Source: Zygnema circumcarinatum SAG 698-1b (lineage: Eukaryota > Plantae > Zygnematophyceae). From it: DNA of 64,000 bases. The translations under genes were made by a program, and so were the position numbers. Of the stretch, positions 35,615-46,329 are shown in pieces; the stretch's first letter is position 1; each line of letters starts with the position of its first letter. The notes under the pieces are model-generated. The model had not been told where the DNA came from, did no database searches, and saw only the letters and a program-made list of their open reading frames with translations. The stretch is taken from contig CM074807.1 in NCBI GenBank assembly GCA_037447605.1, positions 1,674,001 through 1,738,000 of the forward strand, written 5' to 3'.

Positions 35615-36459
35615 GCCCAAACTTCTGCACATGGGTTGAGACCCTGCATGGTGCACAAGAAGACATGGCTCGTATATTGAGGAACTGCACATGCTGCTTC
35701 ACGCTTCGTTGCCTTTAAGCTAGAGGCTTCTCATAAACAGTCGAGAGAAGCTTTCTCAGCAATAGGAAACCCATGGCTCAGTCTGTGTGACGAGTTATGT
35801 GGCACATTCCTACCCTCCCTTTGATTGGTGAGGCAAGGCAAAAGGACCACTGAATGTTCAGAGCAGGGTTCTGCCAGCAGTTATTCGGCCTCCATGCCGA
35901 TCTGTCCGCCATCCTGTCAATCCCAACATGTGTAAATATCTTCGTTGCCGCTTGTCCTTGCCGCCAAATATATGTTTTGAAGCTGAAATGTATCCGGGCT
36001 GTGGTCACCTTTTTGTTCCATTCTCTAGTAGAGTCGAGTGAATTAGATGAACTGTGAATTACCCACTGTGGTGGCGTCATGTGGAAGGGCATGTCCATCC
36101 AGAGTGCAGGTTCGCACTGCTTTTCTCTTTACGCTGCTCTCTCTGACTGCAGCAACTGAATTGCCAATTCGGAGCTTGCCAAGTTCAGGCACCATGTTGT
36201 AAGGTGAAGGATCGGCTCTCAAGCTGCTCACGATTGGCCACGACCAATGTGGCCGAATAAAAGGCGAGATTGCGAACAAAGCCGCTTGAGAAGACAGTGG
36301 GCTATCAGGATTCTCAGCACAACAGGGGGGCTGTTTGGTCACCTGAGAAAGGCACTAGAATTAACAGCATAAAGCTGTGCCCATGTCGACATTGGCAGCT
36401 CATGACAAGGGGAGGTTAGAGAATCTGACGGCTAACCGCTCACCTTATCCTCAAATCAC

Positions 36460-36880
36460 TCCCCTTTCATGCCCCTCTCTCCCACTCCCTCTCCCACTCC
36501 TCTCCCACACCCCTCTCTCACACCCTTCACCCACTCTCTCTCCCACTCCTCTCCGACACACACTCTCCCACTCCCTCTCCCACTCCTCTCTCGCACCTCT
36601 CCCACTCCTCTCCCACACCCCTCTCTCACACCCCTGCCCCACTCCTCTCCAACACCCTTCTCCTACTCCCTTTCCCACTCCCTCTCTCTCTCCCACCCCT
36701 CTCCCACACCCCTCTCTCACACCCCTGTCCCACTCCTCTCCAACACACTTCTCCCACTCCTCTCCCACAGGCCTCTCTCATACCCCTGTCCCACTCCTCT
36801 CCAACACCCTTCTCCCACTCCCTCTCCCACTCCCTCTCTCACTCCTCTCCAACACCCTTCTCCCACTTCCTCTCCAATTC
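36460..36880 (+). repeat. Imperfect CT-rich minisatellite (ctctcccact / ctctcacacc units)
   Basis: Repeated ~10-12 nt pyrimidine-rich units. Confidence 0.9.
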
Positions 36881-37152
36881 CATCGGACATCGGTTAGCTG
36901 GTGTCCAAATAGACATGAATGAGAGTGACAAGAATGAATACATCTAAACAAACCTGCAGGACTGTTTCCTGCTTTTTGGAAAGTGTGCCTGGAAACTACT
37001 CGATGCACTTAAGGACTGCATATCTCCCCTTCCTGCTGTTAATGGGCCTTAATGCTTTAAAGAAAAACTCAAAATCTACATTTAACACCGAGTTGATGCA
37101 CCACTAGCTAGGATTACAAAACAAAAAGGGAGGAGACTTCTGTACAGGCCGC

Positions 37153-38212
37153 TCAGTCCTGCGCAGCCTTTCCTTCCTCGCGCTTGCCTTCATTGCCCTC
37201 TGCCGCTATTCTTGCAAAGTCAAGTCCGCGAAATCGTGGATGGGAATCAATGTATCGAGCCCCATATGCCAGGCCATAGCCCCAACCAATGCCAATTCCT
37301 ATGCCACAGCCACCGCCTGCAGTGAAAGAAACTGGGAAATGATCCAACGAGGAAGCAAAAAAAGCTGATGCCTTGCCAAGGCTAGGGTTGAGGGTTTAAA
37401 TCCACATGTGCACATCAAACAGCCAGATGCGGATCATCATCATGCGCACATCCGCATGATCTTAGGATCATTGCCTAAGGTCATAATTTTGTCCCAAACT
37501 TCGTTCTATTCCTCATAAAGCACAGAACGAAGCTAGCATCTCATAAAAAATGCTTAAGAGCTTATGATATAGACAATAAATTAATTTGCCTCAAGAACCC
37601 GGGAGACCTTACCAACGCCGATACCAAAAGGCTGCAGAGGAGCACCTGGCAACCAAACCATTCCCACGAGAATAAATTGTACCTCAATCATCAAGAAAAG
37701 AAACAATCTCCAACAATTACGCAAGCACTCCATGGATGAGACGGCCATGATTCTACAAATGCGCTTAAAGGATTGTGAACCACGGGCTATACAGGACAAC
37801 TAACTTCAATTGCAACTGAGCATACTAATGATGCGGGAAATACACACAGAAACACAGCAATTTTTTTTCAAATAGAGACACGAACTCCTGCAAGCGTGAA
37901 TTTGTGATTCAATCAAAGATTTCAAAAAAGGACCTTCACGCATCACTGCCTTGGACCCTCACCGGCATCCCTGCCGGCCCCCTCCTTCCCAGCAAGTCCT
38001 CAAAGAAGCTTACCGCCAAATCCGAAGCCCACCCCGAATCCGCAACCAATTCCAATCCCTGGAACCAAAAGACGAGAGTCAGGATACAAGCACCAGCAAA
38101 ACAGCGACGCCTATGACTGACCAAGCCTTTCCGTGCGCTGCTTTTTTCACCACATGAGGGGATGCAGCTCACCGAGTCCCACCCCTCGGCCTCCGAAGGG
38201 AGACACTCCCAT
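37153..38212 (-). CDS. TGD5: TRIGALACTOSYLDIACYLGLYCEROL 5-like small Gly-rich protein, 4 exons
   Basis: MGVSPFGGRGVGL|GIGIGCGFGVGFGFG|GAPLQPFGIGV|GGGCGIGIGIGWGYGLAYGARYIDSHPRFRGLDF. All junctions are phase 1 GT-AG. This matches the TGD5 pattern GVGCGFGVGWGFGG.P....G.G.GGGCGVGLGLGWGFG. Confidence 0.85.
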
Positions 38213-38480
38213 CGTGCGGAGAGAGAGAGAGAAGCCCTCTCACTCGCCTCCCTCCCTCGAGAGGAGAGAGAGAGAGAGGAAGGAGAGAAGTTTTCTCAGT
38301 TTCCTTTCTGACGTCCAAAGGTCAAAAAACTCAGTTTGCGGCTGAAAACTTGGAAACCGAAAATATGGAGAGGACTCAAAGCAGCAGCCACTCCGCCGGT
38401 TACTGCCGCCAGACCCAACCGTTTCAGGCTGTACCAAAAGTACAAATGACCTGGAATGACGCAATTATGTACTTTATGAG

Positions 38481-41400
38481 TAGGGATGGCTTAATTACGA
38501 CTATATAATCTATATTATATTATATAACTGTGACGACTAAATAACGGCTGTTATATAATACTTTACCACGCCTTTACAACATGTACGGTCGTACGGTCGT
38601 ACCACTGTACGGTATTATGCGGTGAAGACAGAGTGAACCAGACGGACGCATTTCGCAACGCTGTAGCACAAGATAAGTGGGGTTAAACAAAGACTGCTGA
38701 GCTAGCTGCAGGTGCTGTACGGCCACACGCGCGTCCGTGCTGAAACTAATGAAGGGTTGGGTTGGTTCTGTGGGTCTGCCTGCAGCATAGAGCCAGGATC
38801 CGGGGGATTCAGAGGTACGCGCAGCGGAAGACGTAGGGATCCTGAAGATGTTCCCACCGGCGGCTGGACTCGATGCGCGAAGAGCCCTTCCTTGGGNNNN
38901 NNNNNNGGGCCGCGCGAGGCGAGTCGGCGGCCGTCTGGAGAAGCTTCCGCGTACATTCGGAAATGGGGAGTATCGGCGGGATCGGAGGTGGAGGAGGGAG
39001 TAAGACAAATTCGAAATCGAAAGTTACGGCCGACAGGCGCAATGTGGGCGAGCGGCAAAGTGGCGGGAGACAGACCAATGAGGAGCCGTCATGGCAGAGG
39101 GGTATGAGGAGAGCGCGCTGCCTGCCCAAACGCTCACCATTCGTGGGGAACCGATGCGGCACGATGTCGATTCCGATGTGAACGCCAGCCTGCGTGCCGC
39201 ACGCAGCGCGAGCCCCCGATGCGGCAACCTGGGATTTCCACCGGGTCGACACAGCAGGGGCCCAACCACGGCAGCGTTGAGTCGGCTTTGGCCGGATTCC
39301 TGAGCTGAAACCAGCCGATGCGGCTGCTACCCGACCGGGCGAGAGCACGCTGCCGCGCCTTTGAAGTCGGTGAGTTGTCGGCCTGCGCCTTGTCTCCGAG
39401 GTGGTGGGAGGCCATGGAATCTGGAGGGGTCCGGAAGCGGAGGGCCAGGAGCCAAGCCGGACGATCCACCCGGGGAGGCGCGTCATCGCAGAAGAGGGGC
39501 TCAGGAGAGAGCAGGTCAAGGGAATGCGGAGCCACGCCACAGAGGAGCTCGCAGGGAGAGAAGCCCGTGGAGGAGTGGACGGAGGCGTCACACGGTGAGA
39601 CCAGGAGGGACTGACCGCGTCAGTCCGCCTCCAATCTCGCACAGCGCGGACGCACGCATCCTTGACCGTCTGAATGGTACGTTCTGCCAGCCCATTCTGC
39701 CAGGGGGAGTAGGGGCTGGAGGTGTGGTGAATGATGCGGAAGTCCTGCATGAGCTTGGCGAATGCCCCCTTGTATTCGGTGCCGTTGTCAGAGTGGACAG
39801 AGTAGGGGAGAGAGTGGCGGTGAATGATGGCCGTCAGGAGGCGGGCAGAGTGGACGGAATGCTTAGATTCTGTAGCGTGAACCTCTACCCACTTGGTGTA
39901 TCTGTCCACGGCTAGGAAGACCCGAATGTAGCCAGAGGGGGTGCCGAGCTGGGGGATAGAAAAGGTGTCGATGTTCCAATCTTCGGCGACGCCGCGTATC
40001 GGGATCTCACCCATCTCGAGGGGTTGGCGGTCGGGGGGAGCAGAGCGCTTGCGCGTTGGCAGCGGGTGCAGGTTTCAATGTAGCGGCTCACCGCGCCATG
40101 GAGGCCGGGTGCCCAGCAGTAGTGTCTCCCGCAGTGCAGAGCGCACCACCCTCCTTCTGCTGAGGCTGAAGCGCGCAGTAGCGGGATCGTGCGACGCCCA
40201 TGATTCCACGCCGCCAGACACGGGACGCAGGCTCGCAGGATGTACAGAACCCGTCCGTCATCATCGACAGAGAAAGTTCGAGCGCGACAGCCGAGCCTCT
40301 CCGGCATCCGCCACAAGGGGGGAGGCGCGCCGGGTCATAACGTAGCGCAGAAGGGAGGAGTCTGAATGGACGTCATTGGCGCTGGGGAAATGGGGAGGAA
40401 GTAAGGGAGCGTCGCCATCGTCATCCATGAGGATTTCCCACGGATCCGCATGGGGGTGGCCGTGGGTGAAGTCAGGGTCCTCCCAGCGATGGAGGGTGAT
40501 GGCGGTGGCCGGAACATCGGTTGCACCCACCGCGAGCAGGACATCATGCAGGGCTTGAGCGGCAATAAAAATCTCAATGGGAAGATGCTCAGGGTTCAAG
40601 AGGGTGGGTGGAGGAATGGGTTCAGGAACGGCCGGATCGTGACAGAGGAGGGGAGCCGAAGGATTGCGACTGAGGCCATCAGCATTGCCGTGACTACGGC
40701 CGGGACGGTGGGTGACCTTAAGCACATTATACTCCTCCAACTTCATCACCCATCGTTAACTTAGGTCGGAAGGAACAGCCACCATGGACGAGGTGAGGAT
40801 GTGCTGTCAGCCGGCACCACAACGGGCTGGCAGGCCGTGAGAGTCAAACTCTCGAGTGCCCAGAAGGACAGCTGCGCTCCTCAGCAGGGCTACACTGGGT
40901 CTTGGTTTCTTGAACAGGCCCGTGGCGCAAAACTGACCGGGTGTTCCCCATCTGAGAATGCTTGGCTGGCCACTGCCCCAAAGCCTGTCTGACTCCAGTC
41001 GGCGTCAATAATGGTGGGAAGGGTGGGGTCAAATTGATGCAGGCAAGGAGCCTGAAGGAGGGCACTCTTGAGCGCGTGGAAGGCCAAATCCTGCGCTCGG
41101 CTCCATTCGTATTGGACTCCGTGCTTCTCCAAGGCATGTAGGGGACGTGCGATAAGGGCATAGCCCTTGATGAACCGGCGATAGAATGAGGTGAGCCCCA
41201 AGAAAGACTTGAGCTGAGTGAGGGTCTGTGGAATCGGCATAAGGGCAATCGCTTCAATCTTATCGAGTGATGGTTTCAGGCCATTGATGCCGAGGCGGTG
41301 CCCGAGATGAGTGATCTCCTGGTGGCCCCATTTGCACTTCTTGGGTGCAATCTTCAGACGCGCACTGATGAGCTGTTGCAGGACTTGGTCAATGTGTTGC

Positions 41401-44053
41401 AGGTGGGAGGACCAGTCCTTGCTGTGGATCGAAGCATCATCCACGTAAGGCCTCGGAGAAGTGCACGACAAGGCGACACCCCGGCCAGGCGCGCCTGAGC
41501 TTGACGCATCTCAGCCTTGAACTGGAGCACCGCCCAGCGGCAGCAGCGCGCGCTGCCGAAGCCCCGCCCTGCAGCGGTCGGCCGCGCAGTGGGACCTGCC
41601 GATAAGGACTCCTGATGTCAAGTGCCGAGAACCACCGGTCATTAGGGGAGACGTGGAGAATCAGGTCCATATCCGGATGTGTAAGGGATTCCCATCGTTA
41701 TTGCATTCAGCTTCGTAGTCCCTACAGTAAGCGGAGTGTGCCATCCGGCCGGAGAACGCCGGGCTGGCCCACGGCCCTTCTCCGTGTCCATCAACCCGGG
41801 ATCGACGCTCTCGCGACCGTCGCTCCACATTCGGCCTGCTGCGCGCGGAAAGCGGAGGAGTCAGGGTCATCATGGGAGTCCATCCCCGCATCGATGTGGT
41901 GCCCAATCAGGTGAGCTCTGCCATGTCGAGCTAACGTTGTGTTGTAAAACCAGGTGATTTCGGCGACACTTGGCGCAGTTGAGAATGCGTGATCGACCCG
42001 AGCACCGCAGGCCGCAATCGGGCTCTGCGGTCTTCACTCCGGGCTCTACTCCTCATCACTGATGGTCTCATGGGGTGGAAAGGTGGGTGTAGGTATCACT
42101 GGCGGCAACAGTTCTTCCGTCGGCGTACCGAGAGCTGGACTCGGAGGAGCAGGAGGGGGAGTCTCGTCATCGGTATCAGAATTGGCCGATCCATAAGAAG
42201 AATGGGAGCCGCCACGCAGCGTGAAATATCCGTGCACAGACCGCGTGGCGCGGCGCTGGAAGGCGGAGGTGGTGAGGGACTCGAGGATGATGGGGAAGGA
42301 GCATTCTGTCCCGCCAGCAGATAAGTGCAGTTGACATGTAGCAAAGTCGATTTGTGCTCCCATCGCGATGAGCCAATTTGAGCCCAGGCAGCACAGAATA
42401 GTGTTCGAGCCGCCGTGATGACCGCATCACCGCTGGTCCCATCTTCGCCAAGACTTGATGACCACTTGGGTGCTGCCCAATCCCTTCAGGTAAGCTCCCT
42501 TCACCCCCCACATTTCGGGGAATGGGCTCAAGAGTCTTGGCCAACTCGACCCCTTCAGCCTTCATCACAGGCTTGGACAGAACTGTGCGCATGGCTCCTG
42601 TGTCGATCATGGCTTTGCTGGGATGACCGTTGAGCCATACATTCACAATGATTGGCACGTTGGGTGTGGGGATCAGAGGGAAGCATCTGAAACGCGAGAA
42701 GGATGGCGGGGGAGAGCGAACCGGGTTGGTAAGGCGCTGGAGCCATGTGGGTGGCCGGCACAGCGGCCGGCGAGGGACGGTCAGGAGGGGCCATAGGAAA
42801 TCTGGGAGGCCGTAGGTGCCGCGCGCCAGCTTTTGAACCACGCACCTGGTACAAGCTGCATCAACTGTGATAAGGTAATGCCGATCTTAGCCTTGTCTCC
42901 CATGAGTTGATGAACCATGCGTTCAATCAGGGATAGGCCGTCTGTTGGGGGGGGTGGTCGACGATCGGCTGCTTGGGGGTAGAAACGGGCTGCCCGAGGG
43001 CGATGGGGAGGATTGACGTGCATCTCTTCGGTCGCCGGTGCCGTCGGCTCTGGCTGCGCCGGTGTCGGCTCCTCTTCATTGAGATCTTCAATTTCCTCCT
43101 CAGGCAGGGATCCCAAGGGGTGACCCGTGGAGGGAGGAAGGACTGAAGTTCTTCGGGCAGGGGTGGCGACCGGTGGAGCCGTGCCCGAGGAACTGGCGCC
43201 GTTGACAGTGGCAGGGAGGAATGGCAGGGGATGAGAATGAGGATCGCTTCGGTTGACAGGGAGCCTGCGCAGGGCAGTTGCAATCTCGGCGATCCGGGCC
43301 TGAGCATCAGCTTCAGAAGTGATGGGGGATTCTGACAAAGCCGGTTGAAATGCCGCGGCAACNNNNNNNNNNCACTCGAGAGTCTCCGCATGCACACACG
43401 GGCATCATGTCCCGTGATCTGGCAGAAGGTGCAGGTCCATGGTCCGCAACGCAGCCGTGGATTGTGAGTTAGGCCACAGGCCAGACAGACGCCCTCTGGA
43501 ACCCCTGCCTCTGTCATCCGCCGGCGCAGATCGGCCCTGGCAGCTTCTCTCTCTTCGGGCGTGCGATCGGAATAAGGAGCCCGATATCCTGGACGCGAGA
43601 CATCTGGTATGTGAGGATTCACTGCCGGCTCAATGGGATGCGCCGNNNNNNNNNNAATCGGCGGCCTCAGGCGGTGTTCCCGGGTGCGCCTTGCTGGATG
43701 GTGTGCTGTTCCGTGGGCCGCCAACGCATGGCGCCGCCTTCTCTCAATCTCCGTTGGCAGCTCCTGGATTCCGTTGATCCGTGACACGGAAGAGGCATAC
43801 GTCAAGTACAATTGAACTGACGCAAATCCGTCGAACGCAGCTCCGTTACGCTACAACGCCAACGCCAAAACGACCTAATTTTGGTATGGTACGACCGTAC
43901 GACCGTACGAGTAAGGTCGTACGGTCGTTAATTGTTCAAAACGGGTGGGTATAATATATGTAATAAAGTGTTTTACTTTGTACTATATCACTACTTTTAA
44001 ACCCGTTGTAAAGTATATAATATAGTCGGACTATATAACTCGGGCCATCCCTA
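38481..44053. mobile_element. hAT-superfamily element (non-autonomous), bounded by TIRs and an 8-bp TSD, containing a Gypsy core
   Basis: TIR TAGGGATGGC (38481-38490) and GCCATCCCTA (44044-44053), resembling Ac TAGGGATG. TSD TTTATGAG at 38473-38480 and 44054-44061. Perfect 22-bp subterminal inverted repeat GTACGGTCGTACGGTCGTACCA (38583-38604 / 43887-43908). AT-rich cgactata motifs at both ends. Confidence 0.9.
38907..43645 (-). mobile_element. Decayed Ty3/Gypsy retrotransposon gag-pol (gag Zn-knuckle, protease, RT, RNase H, integrase) with frameshifts
   Basis: CTFCQITGHDARVC (~43390-43435); VNVWLNGHPSKAMIDTGA (~42600-42660); FSALD..YRQV (~41600); YVDD..W..HLQH..QVL..L..A.L.I...KC.W....I..LGH (~41300-41450); IDADWSQTGFGAV; KLEEY..V.HRPGRSHGNADGLSR (~40680-40750); integrase CxxC, AVDRYTKW, SDNGTEY, PWQNGLAER (39660-40090). 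The PR-RT-RH-INT order is Gypsy. Confidence 0.93.
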
Positions 44054-44314
44054 TTTATGAGACGTTATAGAGCGTACCATCAACTGATAGTGACGTATGC
44101 CGAATGACGTGTGACGCAGCTAAAGCTTTTCCGAAGGCTTCATGAAATCATATGAGCCTCCACGAAGAAGTGCTGAGCTCTTAATTACAGGGGTCTGAAG
44201 GCTGGAGGAATGGCTTAAAGTGCCAAGGATGAGATTAGAGGAGGCCCACAGTCTGCTCTCTTGCGGTCTATATTGAGGAGATTGTTTTAGGGGAGAAGGC
44301 ACGCAGCGGTTGTG

Positions 44315-45490
44315 ATGGCTATTTCGAACTTTGTCATTACTTGCATTGGAGTGGGTGCGGCTATCGTCTTGTTGCGTGGAGACGTCAAGCGCACAGCTGT
44401 AACTTTCAGGAGGAATGTGCGCCAGATAAGGCAATGGCTGGAAGAGGAGCAGCAACATACGGCTGCTCAAAGGTGAGAGCGGGGCATTCAGGTCATAGCA
44501 ATTTGCGGGCAATCTGGAAAGGATGCTGCCAGCCTGCTCGAATTGAGCAGAGATTTTTGGAGAGTAGGAAATCATATGCTTGAAAGTACGGCAGTCAGTT
44601 GTTTCGGGTCATTGCTTGCATGATCAAGCATGAGGCTGTTTTGTTTTGTTTCGTTGAATGTGATGGAACATAAGCCATTGTGCTCATCATTATTGATGGT
44701 GTTTTGACCTGCACGTGCACAGTGCACTGGTTTTACTTCATGGCTCTTTAAAGTTGTGAGCTGTTCGAAAGGTTTTGAAAGATTGTGACTGATTGTTTTT
44801 TGTGACGACGGACCGTTTTCTTGGCACTACACATACGTTCAGCTCAATTATATCCATCGTCAATATAGTGTTTTCCCACTTTGTGTAATGCTTGGATAAC
44901 TTCAATTTTATTGTAATTTCGGTTCATTGTAGTATCTGAGCTTCGATTTGTAGAAAGGTGATTTCTACAGAGAATTCTACAGCAGCTGCTGACGATCTTT
45001 TTCAGCAGCACCGTCCTCACTCTGAAAGTCGGAGATGAGAAGCACGTTGTGCGTTTTAGGCCGTTACTTGCTGTGTCATCTGCATGTTAAGTTAGAAGTT
45101 GCCATGCAAAATTGTGGTTAGGAGACTAATACTGATAACGTAAGAAAGGTATCCTCTCGAGGTCTGCTTGCCCCACGTCAGCTATGCTGCTCTCGGATTT
45201 ATCATGAATAGTGTTTCAAAACATTTCCCTTTGTTATTCTTGGTTAAAGGCAGGAGCCTTCTCGTTCTAACTCGTTACTTGCATGTAAAACTCATGCTGC
45301 TGTTGACCTCTACAATATTTTAAAACTCAAGACAGTGTGAGTTTGTCTGTGAGGTTTTCTTCTTAGGCGTCCAAATGATGCTGTTATTCCATTTTGCGAG
45401 TTTTGCAGAGGCACAGAAACTCGAGTGAAGGAGATTGAGTCAAGACCTGAGGAAGCATCCCAACAGAAGACTCCCGACAAAGCACCATAA
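44315..45490 (+). CDS. Small conserved plant-type membrane protein (~80 aa; N-terminal TM helix, amphipathic helix, charged tail), 2 exons
   Basis: MAISNFVITCIGVGAAIVLLRGDVKRTAVTFRRNVRQIRQWLEEEQQHTAAQR (44315-44472) joined in phase 2 to GTETRVKEIESRPEEASQQKTPDKAP* (45409-45490). I recognise the LLR.DVK.SA..FRRNV..I..WLEEE pattern from plant proteins but not a gene name. Confidence 0.75.
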
Positions 45491-46329
45491 GTTGCTTTGC
45501 CATGTGACAACTTCCGCACGATTGTTGCCGAGATCATGCTATGGTTTGTATGTTATGGTGGCTTTCTAACCCCTCCTGCATGTAGAAGATTTTTAGGGTT
45601 TTAGATACCGAAGCAGGAACTAGATGCGAGAAATCATTTATGCAGTTCTGCGAAAGCTGCTATTTGCCCCTCGTAACCTTGTACAAATGAGAAAACAAAA
45701 GTTCCCCAGAAGCATATCAGTTTGCTTACGAAGTACCTGCAAGAAAGAGTATGGTTTGCTTGATTTTGGGAGCATGAAGACGGAGAGCAGGTGGACAGGA
45801 TGAAGTCCTGCGTCATGTACTATGATAAGCTATTATGTCTGCGAGTGTCTGAAGGAAAAAAAAAAAAAAAAGGGGGGGGGGGGAAACTGGCAGGGTGTTC
45901 AGAGTTTTTTGCTTCACTTTGCTCTCTATGTTAGCTGCCTGTTTCAGTTTCAGTACCGCTGAAGTCACCTCTACTGCAGGCTTCAGGCTTCAGGGGCCAT
46001 CTTCCCCATTTCAGCGCTCTCTGCATGCTTGCACACAAGGAGTTTCCAAATGCCTCTTTCGATCAAATAAGCATCACGCTCTTTCGGCGAAGATGAAGGA
46101 AGCAAGAGTGGCATGTACCACATGTTCAAAAAATGCGCTGTCGCTTTATGTATAGACATCAACTCATTTACGTCCTAATCAAGTAAATCCTTTTTCTACC
46201 TACGCTGAAAGGCTCTCTCTAATCCATTTCCCCACCCCGTACCTCCACCATATCCTCTGCAGCTGTGCCCTGACCAACGAAAAAATTGGCTCTACCCACA
46301 TTGAAAATAAACACTTGTCCCAACCACGG

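Noticed and set aside
36043-36342. 99-aa minus-strand ORF flanked by splice-like sites downstream of TGD5
   Set aside because: No recognisable homology; it lies between converging 3' ends.
38583-43908. CRISPR-like or DIRS/Ginger/Polinton interpretation of the repeats and integrase
   Set aside because: There is no repeat-spacer array. The 8-bp TSD and TAGGGATG termini are hAT-type, and there is no tyrosine recombinase or protein-primed polymerase.
45856-45883. Poly-A run followed by a poly-G run
   Set aside because: Simple homopolymers in a 3' region; no TSD or retrocopy body, and possibly an assembly artefact.
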